DNA of 64,000 nucleotides, from the NCBI GenBank assembly GCA_028826165.1, contig JAPDFW010000024.1:9605-73604 (forward strand). Direction: 5' to 3'. Below the pieces are notes generated by a model. It was given only the letters and a program-made list of their open reading frames with translations, was not told where the DNA came from and made no database searches. Below are positions 1-14,128 of the stretch, piece after piece. The DNA comes from Anaeramoeba ignava BMAN. Taxonomy: Eukaryota > Protista > Anaeramoebae. How positions within the stretch are numbered: the first letter of the stretch is position 1; the number at the start of each line of letters is the position of its first letter. A program made the translations under genes and the position numbers.

Positions 1-1304
1 TTTACATTATATATTTATTTTAAAAATTTATAAATAACTTTAATTAAGAAATTGTATCTAAAGTTTAATTATTCTGAAAGTTTATATTTATTTTTTTTAT
101 CAAAAAATTTAGAATAGTTTTAATTAAGAAATTATAAATAAATAAATTTGAATTATTTTTTAAAAAAAAACAAAGAATAAGAAATAAATTATAAGATATT
201 TTTATAAATCAAAAAAAAAATATAAAAATTCTTTCTTCAATTTAAATTATTAAATACAAATTATTTTGATTTTTAATATTATAAATAATATTGAAAGAAA
301 AAAAATTTTAATTTTGATTTGATTAGAATTTAAATAAGTAAAAAGATTTTATTTATTTATTTATTTATTTATTTTTCAGATCTTGTATTAATTAATTAAT
401 TAATTTAGATTTTTGATTTTCATTATTATTCCACATTAATAAATTGAGATATTTTTGTTTTGTAAATAAATAAATAAATAAAAGAAAAATTATTTATCAA
501 ACAAATAAAGTTTTTTTTTGTGTTAATAAGAGAAAAATAATGAAAAAAAAGAATATCATCTTTTAAATTTTTTATCAACTAAAAAGAAGAAAAGAACAAA
601 AATAAAAATGAAATTTAAAGAGAATATTAATATTAAATAATAATTTTTGATTTTATAAAGATTATCTTAATTAAAATATTTTGAAAGTGAAAATTATTTT
701 TAAAAAAAATATAAATAATAAAATAATTTAAATTGAATTGAATATTTTTATTTTTTGAGATTTCCTTTCATTTTGTAAAAGTAATTTTTATTATTCTTTT
801 CAAATCAAAATTCTTTTATAAATAAATAAATAAAAATAAATTAGAATAATAGATAAATAAATAGATAAATTGAATATAATGTAATTGAAGTGAAAAAGAA
901 GTTTAATTAATTTTGATAAATTGTAATTATAAATAATAATATAATAAATATAAATTTAGATCAGAAGATAAAAATAAAGAGATAATTTTGATTTTTATTT
1001 TTTTTTTGGGAATTGAGATTAATAAAATAAAGATTTTTATCTAATATAAATTAAATTAAATTAAATTAAATTTATAAAATTTTGAAATTAAAATAAATTT
1101 ACAAATAAATAAATTAATAAATTAATTTTAGATTTAGATATTAAATTGATTTAAAATAAATAAATAAAAAAATAAAAAAGAAAAGAAAAGAATTTTAATT
1201 TTTTTTTTGGAAATATTTTTATTTTGGGAATTTTGTATATTTTTGAATTTTTGAGATAAAAGTAAATTTATTACTATTAAGTTTAAATTTCAATTAAATA
1301 AATT

Positions 1305-2420
1305 TAAAATTAATTAATAATAGAAATAAAATAATTAATTTAAATTTATTATTTAATTATTTATAATTGAAATAAAAATAATAAAAATATTTAATTAAAT
1401 AATTAATAATAAAAATAAATAATAAAAAATAATTTTATAATTTAAAATAAATATAAAATTAATAATAGAAATAAAATAAATAATTTAAATTTATTATTTA
1501 ATTATTTATAATTGAAATAAAAATAATTAAAATATTTAATTAAATAATTAATAATAAAAAATAAATAATAAAAATAATTTTATAATTTAAAATAAATATA
1601 AAATTAATAATAGAAATAAAATAATTAATTTAAATTTATTATTTAATTATTTATAATTGAAATAAAAATAATAAAAATATTTAATTAAATAATTAATAAT
1701 AAAAATAAATAATAAAAATAATTTTATAATTTAAAATAAATATAAAATTAATAATAGAAATAAAATAATTTAATTTAAATTTATTATTTAATTATTTATA
1801 ATTGAAATAAAAATAATAAAAATATTTAATTAAATAATTAATAATAAAAAAAATAAATAATAAAAATATAATTTTATAATTTAAAATAAAAATATAAAAT
1901 TAAATAATAGAAATAAAATAATTAATTTAAATTTATTATTTAATTATTTATAATTGAAATAAAAATAATAAAAATATTTAATTAAATAATTAATAATAAA
2001 AAAAAATAAAAAAAAAAAATAATTTTATAATTTAATTTAAAATAAATATAAAATTAATAATAGAAATAAAATAATTAATTTAAATTTATTATTTAATTAT
2101 TTATAATTGAAATAAAAATAATAAAAATATTTAATTAAATAATTAATAAAAATAAAAATAAATAATAAAAATAATTTTATAATTTAAAATAAATATAAAA
2201 TTAATAATAGAAATAAAATAAATAATTTAATTTAAATTTTTATTTTTATTTATTTAATTGAAATAAAAATAATAAAAATATTTAATTAAAAATAATTAAT
2301 AATAAAAATAAATAATAAAATATAATTTTATAATTTAAAATAAATATAAAATTAATAATAAAAATAAAATAAAATTTAATTTAAATTTATTATTTAATTA
2401 TTTATAATTGAAATAAAATT
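1305..2420. repeat. ~145-bp AT-rich tandem repeat, ~7.5 copies
   Basis: Marker TAGAAATAAAATA recurs at ~1321, 1466, 1611, 1756, 1908, 2061 and 2208. The reverse complement of the unit recurs at ~22860-23380. Confidence 0.85.
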
Positions 2421-4869
2421 TAAATTTGAAAAAATAAATTTTAAATAAAAATTAAAAAAAAATTAAATAATTTAAAAATTGAAATTTATTATTTTTATTA
2501 TTAAATATTTTGAAATTTTAATAAAAAATAAATTTTTATTTTTATTTTTATAATTATTTTTAAAAATGAAAAATTTAAAAAATTAAAAATAAAAATTAAA
2601 TTTTAAAAAAAAAAATAAAAAAATAAATTATTTTTATTATTTTAATTGAATTTTAAAAATAAAAATTTAAAAAATTTTTTTTAAAAATTTAAATTTAAAA
2701 TAAAATTAAAATAAAAAAAAAATTTTTTAAAAATTAAATTTTAAATTTTAAAAAAAAAAAAAAATAAAAAATAAATAAAATAAAAATGAAATAAATATAA
2801 ATTTTTGGAGAATAATTAAAAATAAAAAAAAAATATAAAAATAAAAAAAAAAATTAATTTTTAAATTTTTAAAAAAAAAAAAAAAAAAAATAAAAATTAA
2901 TTTATAAATTTTTAAATTTTTAAAATAAAATAAAAAATTAATTAAAAAATAAAATAAAAAAAAATAATTTTAGATTTAGATATTAAATTTAATTTTTAAA
3001 AATTTTTCAAAATAAATAAAAAATAAAAAAAAAAAAAAAGAGTTTTTGATTTTTGAAATATTTTATAAATTTTTTGGGAATATAAAAATAAATTTAATAA
3101 TAATAATAATTTTATTTTTAATAATAAATTTTATTATAAATTAATATTAAATTTTTATTTTCAATTTTGAATATTTTTGAATAAATTTTAAATATTAAAT
3201 TAATTTATTTATTTAAAAATAATTAAAATAAAAAGAATTTAAATTAATTTTAATAAAAATTTTAATAAATTTAAATATAAATTAATAAAAAAAAAAAAAA
3301 ATGAAAAAAATTTTAATAAATTTAAATTTTTAATTAAAATTAAAAAAAAAAAAATAAAACAAAAAAAAAAAAATTTATTTTTATTTTTATAATTTTTATT
3401 AATTTTAAAATAAAATAAAAAAATTATAATTTGAATAATTTAAAAAAATAGAAAAATAAAAAAATTTTAAAAAAAAAATAATTAAATTAAAAAGTTAATC
3501 AAAATAAAAATAAATAATTTTTATTAATTTAAAATTTAAAAATTAAAATTTTAAAAAAAAATTAAAAATTTAAATTTGAAAAATTAAATTTTTAAATAAA
3601 AAATAAAAATGAATTTAAAAAAAAATTGAACTTATTATTTTTATTATTTTATATTTATTTTCATTTTATAAAGGTAATTTTTTTTATTTTTTTTATTAAT
3701 TATTTTTAAAAATGAAAAATTTGAAATTAAAAAAAAAAAATTATTTTAAAAATGAAATGAATTAAAATAAATTATTTATTTATAAAAAATAAATAAATAA
3801 AAATAAATAAAAAAAAAAGAAGTTTAAATAAATTTTTGGAGAATTATAATTATAAATAGGTAATAAATATAAATTTAAATCAGAAGATAAAAAAAAAATA
3901 ATTTTTGATTTTTGATTTTTGAAAAAAAAATGAAAATAAAAAATTAATTCAATTTATAAATTTTTGAAATTAAAAAAATAAAATTTTAAATAAAATAATT
4001 TTAGATTTAGATATTAAATTGATTTGAAAAATAAAAAGTTTTTCAAAATAAAAAAATAAAAAGAAAAAAAAAGAAGAGTTTTTGATTTTTGGAAATATTT
4101 TATTTATTTTTGGGAATATAAAAATAAATTTAATAATAATAATTTTATTTTTTTGTATTATTTTTATTATAAATTAATATTAAATTTTTATTTTCAAAAA
4201 TTTGAATTTTTGAAAATTAATTTTAATATTAATTTTAATAATAAAAAAAAAATAAATAAAAAAATTTCATTAAAAAAATTTAATTTAAAAAAAAATTTAA
4301 AATTTAATTTAAAAAGAATTTAAATTAAAATTTAAATAAAATATTTTAAATAAATTTAAAATAAATTAATAAAAAATGAATTAAAAATTAATAAATTTTG
4401 ATTTAATTTAAATTGAAAAAATTTAAAAAAAATAAAAAAAAATTTAAAATAAAAAAACAAAATAAAATAAATTTTGAATTTAAATTATTTTTTAATTTGA
4501 AAATAAAATAAAAAAGAAATAAATATTTGAAATAAATTTAATAAATTTAAAATAGAAATAAATAAAAAAAAAAAAAAAATTTATATTTAAAAAAAAAATA
4601 AAATTTTTTAAAATTAAAAAAAAAAAAAAAAATAAAGATAAATTAAAATAAAAATAAATAATAAATTAAAAAAAATAAAAAAATAAATAAATATTTTTAT
4701 TTTTAAATCAATAAAAATAAATAAATTGAATCAAATATTATTATTAAATAAATTAAATAAAATAAAATTTTATTATTTGAAAAAAAAAAAATTTGAATTT
4801 ATTTTAATTTGAAAAAAAATTGAAAAAAAAATTTGAAATAAAAAAAAAAAATAAATTAAATAAATTGAA

Positions 4870-5053
<184 letters not shown>

Positions 5054-7198
5054 TTTAAAATAAATTTAAATTGAAATAAATTTAATTTGAAATAAATTTA
5101 ATTGAAATAAATTTAATTTGAAATAAATTTGAATTGAAATAAATTTAAATTGAAATAAATTTAAATTGAAATAAATTTAATTTGAAATAAATTTAATTTG
5201 AAATAATTGAAATAAATTTAAATTTGAAATAAATTTAAATTGAAATAAATTTAAATTGAAATAAATTTGAATTGAAATAAATTTAATTTGAAATAAATTT
5301 GAAATAAATTTAAATTGAAATAAATTTAATTTGAAATAAATTTGAATTGAAATAAATTTAATTTGAAATAAATTTAAATTGAAATAAATTTAATTTGAAA
5401 TAAATTTGAAATAAATTTAATTTGAAATGTTAAATTTAAATTGAAATAAATTTTAATTTAAAAATAAATTTAATTTGAAATAAATTTAATTTGAAATAAA
5501 TTTGAATTGAAATAAATTTAAATTGAAATAAATTTAATTTGAAATAAAAATTGAAATAAATTTAATTTGAAATAAATTTAATTTGAAATAAATTTAATTT
5601 GAAATAAATTAAATTTGAAAAATAAATAAATTTAATTGAATTAAAAATAAATTTAATTTGAAATAAATTTAAATTTGAAATAAATTTAAATTGAAATAAA
5701 TTTAATTTGAAATAAATTTGAAATTTGAAATAAATTTAATTTGAAATAAATTTAATTTGAAATAAAATTTGAAATAAATTTAATTTGAAATAAATTTAAA
5801 TTGAAATAAATTTAAATTTGAAATAAATTTAATTTGAAATAAATTTGATTTGAAATAAATTTGAATTGAAATAAATTTAATTTGAAATAAATTGAAATAA
5901 ATTTGAATTGAAATAAATTTAATTTGAAATAAATTTGAATTGAAATAAATTTGAATTGAAATAAATTTGAATTGAAATAAATTTAATTTGAAATAAATTT
6001 AATTTGAAATAAATTTAATTTGAAATAAATTTGAATTTGAAATAAATTTAAATTGAAATAAATTTAAATAAAATTTTGAAATAAATTTAATTTGAAATAA
6101 ATTTAATTTGAAATAAATTTAATTTGAAATAAATTTAATTTGAAATAAATTTGAATTGAAATAAATTTAATTTGAATTGAAATAAATTTAAATTGAAATA
6201 AATTTGAATTGAAATAAATTTAAATTTGAAATAAATTTAATTTGAAATAAATTTAATTTGAAATAAATTTGAATTGAAATAAATTTGAATTGAAATAAAT
6301 TTAATTTGAAATAAATTTAAATTGAAATAAATTTGAATTGAAATAAATTTAATTTGAAATAAATTTAATTTGAAATAAATTTAATTTGAAATAAATTTAA
6401 TTTGAAATAAATTTGAATTGAAATAATTTGAAATAAATTTAAATTGAAATAAATTTAATTTGAAATAAATTTAATTTGAAATAAATTTGAATTAAATTTA
6501 AATTGAAATAAATTTGAATTGAAATAAATTTGAATTGAAATAAATTTGAATTGAAATAAATTTAATTTGAAATAAATTTAATTTGAAATAAATTTGAAAT
6601 AAATTTAATTTGAAATAAATTTAATTTGAATTGAAATAAATTTAATTTGAAATAAATTTGAATTGAAATAAATTTGAATTTGAAATAAATTTAAATTGAA
6701 ATAAATTTAATTTGAAATAAATTTGAATTTGAATTGAAATAAATTTAATTTGAAATAAATTTGAATTGAAATAAATTTGAATTGAAATAAATTTAATTTG
6801 AAATAAATTTAATTTGAAATAAATTTGAATTGAAATAAATTTAAATTGAAATAAATTTGAATTTGAAATAAATTTAATTTGAAATAAATTTGAATTTGAA
6901 ATAAATTTGAATTGAAATAAATTTGAAATAAATTTAATTTGAAATAAATTTGAAATAAATTTAATTTGAAATAAATTTAATTTGAAATAAATTTAATTTG
7001 AAATTGAAATAAATTTAATTTGAAATAAATTTAATTTGAAATAAATTTAATTTGAAATAAATTTGAATTTGAAATAAATTTAATTTGAAATAAATTTAAT
7101 TTGAAATAAATTTGAATTTGAAATAAATTTAATTTGAAATAAATTTAATTTGAAATAAATTTGAATTGAAATAAATTTAATTTGAAATAAATTTGAAA
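5054..7198. repeat. 16-bp minisatellite (GAAATAAATTTAATTT / GAAATAAATTTGAATT), roughly 130 copies, in the rDNA intergenic spacer
   Basis: Direct tandem units that end abruptly at ~7198, ~560 bp upstream of the 18S. Confidence 0.92.
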
Positions 7199-7761
7199 TA
7201 TGTTTTGTTTTGTTTTTGGAAAATGTTTATTTTTTTGGATAAAATAAGAAAAGAAAAAAAAATAACGAATATAGGGAAAGTAACGAATAGTTAAAAAAAA
7301 ATAGAATAAATGATCAGTAGAATAAGATAAATAATATTTTGATGAAATGGGCAAGTTAAAATATAAAAAATAGCACAGTATGTGTATATAAAATCAAGCA
7401 TTTGCACACCACGCCTTATTGACAAAAAGTGAGAACTTTTTTGTCAGGCAAAAATTTATGTTCATTTAATGTTGGAACTTTTTATTTGATTAAGCAAATA
7501 TTTATCTTTATTTATTAAAGATATATAATAGTTAAAATATTTTTAAAAAATAAAAAATAAAAATATAAAAAAAAATAAATAAAAATGGAAAGAAGAATAT
7601 TGTATTAATTTTATAAATATAAATAAAAATAAATAATTAAAAATAAAATAATATTTAAATAAATTATTATTAATTTTTTTTTTGAAATAAAAATATAGAA
7701 ATGAAGTTGATAAATAAATAAATTTAAAATAAAAATAAAAATAAAAAATAAAAAAAATAGA
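7199..7761 (+). promoter_or_regulatory. Putative RNA Pol I promoter / 5' external transcribed spacer
   Basis: Unique, slightly more GC-rich segment between the satellite and the 18S start. It contains a GAGA-capped hairpin at ~7413-7449. Assignment is positional inference only. Confidence 0.45.
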
Positions 7762-9277
7762 TACCTGGTTGATCCTGCCAGTAGTTATATGCTTGTCTCA
7801 AAGATATAAGCCATGCAAGTGTAAGTATAAACCATATTATGGTGAGACTGCGAATGGCTCATTAAATCAGTTATAGTTTATTTGATAGATTTTTTATATA
7901 TAATTTGATAAGTTATTTTATTAATTATATTTACTACTTGGATAACCGTAGTAATTCTGGGGCTAATACATGCAATAAATCCCTGTTTTTCTATTTATAT
8001 TATTTTTGTTAAAGAAAATGAGGAAAAATATTATATTTACAATATATTAAAGGGAGTATTTATTAGTAATATCTTTATTAAGAAAGATGACTCATAATAA
8101 CTTAGCGAATCGTATTACCTATATACAATCAATCATTATATATTTTTATATTTATATTTTGGAGATTGTATTTTGAGTAGACGATGAATCATTCAAATTT
8201 CTGCCCTATCAATTTAGGAAGGTTGTGTAGTGGACAACGATGATTATAACGGGTAACGGACGATTGGGGTCGGATTCCGGAGAAGGAGCCTGAGAAACGG
8301 CTACTACATCCAAGGAAGGCAGCAGGCGCGCAAATTACCCAATGTTAAAATAACGAGGTAGTGACAAGAAATACTAATTAGGGATGTTTTATAATCACAT
8401 CTTTTTTATTGGAATGAAGTAATTTTAAATCCCTTACTGATAATCAATTAGAGGGCAAGTCTGGTGCCAGCAGCCGCGGTAATTCCAGCTCTAATAGTGT
8501 ATACTAAAGTTGTTGCAGTTAAAAAGCTCGTAGTTGTTTTTATTTTTTTTTAATTTATAATGAAAAAAAAAAAGATTATATAAAAAATAATTTTATTATA
8601 ATTTTTAAATTTTTAAATGAGAATAAAATAATTTTTGTGGAGATTCAAAAAACAAAACAAAAATTATTTTATTTTTATTTTTATATTATTTAAAAATTAA
8701 AATTTTAAAATGAAATTTTTATATAATCTAAATTAAAATCAAAAGAAATTTATTTTTTTTTTAAATATAAAAAATAAATATTTTACTTTGAATAAAATAG
8801 AGTGTTCAAAGCAAGTTAAAATGAAAGAATTATTTTTTATTTTTTATTTTATTTATAAAAAATAAGAAATAATTTAATTATTTAAATAATAATTTAGCTA
8901 TGAATAAATTAGCATGGAATAATAGAATAAGACTTTTTATAATGAAAAAAAAGATTATAAAAAGTAATGAAAAATGGAGACAGAATCGGGGGTGATAAAA
9001 TTTAATAGTCAGAGGTGAAATTCAATGATTTATTAAAGATTAACAGAAGCGAAAGCGTTCACCAAGTATGTTCTCATCAATCAAGAACGAAAGTTAGGGG
9101 ATCGAAGACGATTAGATACCGTCGTAGTCCTAACCATAAACGATGCCAACTAGGGATTGGAAACTAATAATTTTTCAAAAATAATTTTTATATATTTTAT
9201 ATAAAAATTAAGAAAACTTTCAGAACCTTGTGAGAAATCATAAGTATATGGGCTCTGGGGGGAGTATGGACGCAAGT

Positions 9278-9323
<46 letters not shown>

Positions 9324-9846
9324 TTGTGGCTTAATTTGACTCAACGCGGGGAAACTTACCAGATCAGGACATAATAAGGATTGACAGATTAAAAGCTCTT
9401 TCATGATTTTATGGATGGTGGTGCATGGCCGTTTTTAGTTCGTGGAGTGATTTGTCTGTGTTAATTCCGTAAACGAGCGAGACCTTTACTTACTAACTAA
9501 TTAAATATTTTTTAAATTAATAAAAATAATTTAATTTCTTAGAAGGACTATTCATTTTTTAATGAAAGGAAGATAAAGGCAACAACAGGTCCGTGATGCC
9601 CTTAGATGTTCTGGGCTGCACACGTGCTACAATGTTAATAACAATAAGTAATTATTCATCTTAAATTTATTTTTAAAATGAATATAACCTAATCTGAAAA
9701 GATTTTTAAAGAAAAGATTTATTTTTATTTTTTATTTTTTATTTAGGTAAACTTAGAAAATATTAACATGCTTGGAATAGATTATTGAAATTATTAATCT
9801 TGAACAAGGAATTCCTAGTAAATGTAAATCATAATTTTACATTGAT

Positions 9847-9892
<46 letters not shown>

Positions 9893-10027
9893 GATAACCC
9901 GATGAAATTTTTAGACTATTTCTTAAAAATTATTTTTAAAAAATGGAAAGATAATTAAATCATGTTATCTAGAGGAAGGAGAAGTCGTAACAAGGCAGCG
10001 CTAAATGAATTTGGTGCTGGATCATTA
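7762..10027 (+). rRNA. 18S (SSU) rRNA, ~2.27 kb with AU-rich expansion segments
   Basis: Starts TACCTGGTTGATCCTGCCAG. Contains GTGCCAGCAGCCGCGGTAATTCC, AAACTTAAAGGAATTGACGG and TTGTACACACCGCCCGTCG. Ends GGATCATTA. Confidence 0.98.
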
Positions 10028-10102
10028 ACATAAAAAATAATTTAATTTAAACTTTATTTAAATAAAAAAGAATTCTTTTTTTAAATAAAATAAAAAATAA
10101 AT

Positions 10103-10276
10103 AAAAAAATAACAATGGATATCTTGGTTCTCGTAATGATGAAGAACACAGCAAAATGTGATAAATAATATGAATTGCAATGTTTGTGAATAATTGAATT
10201 TTTGAACGCATATTGCACTTTTTATTTTTATATTTTTATTAATATTTTAATAAAAAGTATTTCTAAATGAGTGTTA
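10103..10276 (+). rRNA. 5.8S rRNA
   Basis: AACAATGGATATCTTGGTTCTCG..GATGAAGAAC..GAATTGCA..TTTGAACGCA motifs. Ends are approximate; ITS1 and ITS2 are each only ~80 nt. Confidence 0.93.
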
Positions 10277-10357
10277 TTTTATATTATATAAATTGAAAAT
10301 TTATTTTTTAATTAAAATAGATTTTTTAAATTAATTTAAATTTAAATTTTATTTTTA

Positions 10358-12701
10358 TTAACCTCATTTTAGATAAAATTACCTGCTAAATTTAAGCATA
10401 TTAATAAGCAGAGGAAAAAGAAAATAACAATGATTATGTTAGTAACGGCGAGTGAAAACATAAAAGTTCAAATTTTAAAACTAATTTTATTTATTTTAAA
10501 ATTATTTTTTATTTAATAAAATTAATATAAATAAATTAGTATTGTAAACTAAAAAAGTAAATATTTAAATTAATTATTATTAACCTATTATAAAATATTT
10601 GGAATAATATTTTTATTTAAAATCAAAGAGGGTGAAAATCCCGTATTTGAATAGGTTTTATTTATAAAATAATTTTCTAAATTAATAATAAATTTTTTAA
10701 ATATTACTTATAAAGAGTCAGGGTGTTTGAGATTGCACTCTTAATAAAAACTAAAAAATTAAATTTATTTTTTTTTTAGAAACTGGTAATCATCAGTTAA
10801 AACTAAATATTAACGAGAAACCGATAGTGAACAAGTACAGTGATGGAAAGATGAAAAGAACTTTGAAAAGAGAGTGAAATAGGACTTGAAATTGTTATTT
10901 TATGAATCCTTCTTTTTTTTTTTAAATTAAAAAATAATTAAAAAATGAAATAAAAATTAAATAATGGTAAATAAATTGGTTTTATTTTTTTATTTTTTTT
11001 TCTTTTGAAATTAAAATGATAAAAATATTATTGATTATTATTTAATATAATTATTAATTTAATTTTATTTTTAAATTATTTAAAATTAAATAAAATAAAA
11101 GAAAAATAAGGACCCGTCTTGAAACACGGACCAAGGAGTCTAATATTTTTGTAAGTATTATAATTTATTAAATTTATAATGCATAATGAAAGTGAAAAAT
11201 ATCATTTTAAATCAATTTTCTTTTTATTAAGAAAATTAGAAAGAACAGAAATATTAGGACCCGATAGATGGTGAACTATGGCTGCATAGAATGAAACCGG
11301 ATGAAAATTCGGAGGAAGTTCGTAGCGGTACTGACGTGCAAATCGTTCGTCAAATGTGGCTATAGGGGCGAAAGACTAATCGAACCATTTAGTAGCTGGT
11401 TCCCTCCGAAATTTCTCTCAGGATAGCCAATGCTTAAAATATTTTAAATTATTATTAAAAAGTTATGTCAAGTAGAGCTAATGATTAGAGGATTTGGAAT
11501 CTTATTGATTTTAACCTATTCTCAAACTCCAAATTGGCAAATTAATATAAAAATAAATTAATTTTATTTTTATTATTATTTAAATAAAAAATTTAATAGC
11601 ATTGAGTGGGCCATTACGGGTAATCTGTAATGGCAAAACGGGATGAACCGAGAGATATGATAAGGAGCCAAAATATAAGTACAATGGATACCATAAAAGG
11701 AGATAATCGATGAAGACAGTGGGGCGGTGTTCCTGGTGATAGAAATCCGGTAAGGAGTTTGTAACAATTCACCCATCGAATTGATTATCCCTGAAAATGG
11801 ATGGCGCTTTAACTTTTTTTAAAAATAAATTTATCCTATTCATATCCAATTAACTTTTTTTCAGTTAATTGAGTAGGAGGGCGTATTGTTAATATAGAAG
11901 TTATAAGATTTTAAAATCAAATGAAATTAACAATAGTGCAGATCTTGGATGTAGTAGCAAATATTCAAGTTAAAATCTTGAAGGCCGAAGTGGAGAAGGG
12001 TTCCAGATGAACTGTGATTGAATCTGGGTTAGTCGTTTCTAAGAGTTTAGCTTAATTGCGATTATTTACAGAATATTTATTTTTTTATAAATATAAAAAC
12101 TCAAAAGAGAATCAGGTTAATATTCCTGAACCTTTTTTTTTTTAAATTTTTAAATTTAAATATCGGTTTAAAATGGTAACATAAAATATTACTAAAAACA
12201 TTATTAAATAATATGAGAAGAGATTTCTTTTCTTTTTAACAAACTTTTATTTATATTAATAAATATATTTAATTTTTTATAAATTAATTATATAATTTTT
12301 ACCATTGAAACAGATTAACTGGAGAAATGGAAAAAAGTTTGGAAGAATAATTCTTAAATAATAGAATTTATCATAAATTATTTAATAATATTTAAAAAAT
12401 TAGTAATATTCAAAATTCGGAAAAGAACGTACCAATAACCGCAACAGGTCTCCAAGGTTAAAAGCCTCTGGCTAAGTAGAATAAAGTAGGTAAGGGAAGT
12501 CGGCAAAATAGATCCGTAACTTCGGGAGAAGGATTGGCTCTGATTTTTTTTAAATTAATTAAAAAATAAAACAGAACTGAAGCTAACAAGAGGAATCCGA
12601 CTGTTTAATTAAAACATAGCATTATGAAAGTTTTGAAATAGAATTAGACATAATGTGAATTCTGCCCAGTGCTCTGAAAGTTAAAGTGAAGAAATTCAAA
12701 G

Positions 12702-12787
<86 letters not shown>

Positions 12788-13511
12788 GCAACGAGATTCC
12801 TACTGTCCCTATCTACCTTCTAGCGAACCAACAGCGAAGGGAACGGGCTTCGTACGAATGGCGGGGAAAGAAGACCCTTTAGAGCTTGACTCTAGTCTGA
12901 TGAAGTAAAATGGTCTAAGAGGTATAGGATAGGCGGGAGTTTTTTATTTATTTATTTAAATGAAAAACAAAAGTGAAATACCGCTACTCTTGGTATCATA
13001 TTACTAATTTGTTTAAGTGGGTAAATAAATAAATTATTTTATTCTAATTTATTTATAATATTAATTTTAAATAAAAATAATAAAACCCAATCCAAAATTT
13101 TATATTTTTTTATTTTCAAATATTGAAATATAAAAACAACAAAAACAAGATCAGGTGGGGAGTTTGGCTGGGGCGGCACGACTGCTATAAAATAACGCAG
13201 ACGTCCTAAGAGAAGCTCAAGAAGAACAGAAATCATGTTTAGAACATAAGGGTAAAAGCTTCTTTAAATTAAATTTTCAGTAAGAATAAAAAGTGTGAAA
13301 GCATGGCCTAGCGATCCTTTAAAAATATTCAATGAAATCTATACAAATAAAGTAGATAATGAAATTAGAGGTGTCAGAAAAGTTACCTGAGGGATAACTG
13401 GCTTGTGGCGGTCGAGCGTTCATAGCGACTCCGCCGTTTGATTCTTCGATGTCGGCTCTTCCTATCCTATACTTGCACAAGGGGATAAGGGTTAGATTGT
13501 TCACCTATCAA

Positions 13512-13565
<54 letters not shown>

Positions 13566-13995
13566 CATTTATTTAAATAAAATAAAAAATAAAAGTATTT
13601 TGATAGTAATACAACATAGTACGAGAGGAACTGTTGTTTCAGATTAAAGGTAAAATGATTTGGATGAATAAGCAATGATTAGAAGCTTATATCTGAAGGA
13701 TTATGGCTGAAAGCCTCTAAGCCAGAAACCAAACTAAATTAATAAAATACTCATTTTAAAAATCAAAACTTCATTTATTCAAAAACAATAATTTAAAATA
13801 AATTTTATATTAAATAAAATTGAAAAATATTTATATATAAAAAAAAATGAAGAATAAAAATATTCAGTAAACGACTTTAAAATAGAACAAGGGATTGTAA
13901 GTAGTAGAGTAAGATTTTTAAATAAATAATTTTTATATTTTATTTATTTAAAAATAAATACGATCTATTGAGATTTAACCTTTTGTTCTTATTTT
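10358..13995 (+). rRNA. 28S (LSU) rRNA
   Basis: ACCTGCTAAATTTAAGCATAT, GACCCGTCTTGAAACACGGACC, GTAACTATGACTCTCTTAAGGTAGCC, peptidyl-transferase GAGCTGGGTTTAGACCGTCG and sarcin-ricin loop AGTACGAGAGGAAC. Ends are approximate. Confidence 0.97.
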
Positions 13996-14011
13996 AAAAA
14001 AAAAAAAATAA

Positions 14012-14120
14012 AATTTTTTTTTTTTATTTTTATTTTTATTTTTATTTTTATTTTTATTTTTAATTTTTATTTTTATTTTTATTTTTATTTTTTTATTTTT
14101 ATTTTTTTATTTTTTTAATT
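14012..14120 (+). terminator. T-rich (TTTTTA)n tract after 28S, possible 3' ETS / Pol I termination region
   Basis: Long T-rich run immediately 3' of the LSU. Function is inferred from position. Confidence 0.3.
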
Positions 14121-14128
14121 AATTATAA

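Noticed and set aside
11576-13504. Short - strand ORFs (11576-11776, 13039-13236, 13319-13504)
   Set aside because: They are antisense to conserved 28S rRNA and are spurious.
7762-13995. Group I introns or R-element insertions in the rRNA genes
   Set aside because: The conserved cores appear contiguous, and the extra length sits in AU-rich variable regions with no intron core or ORF.
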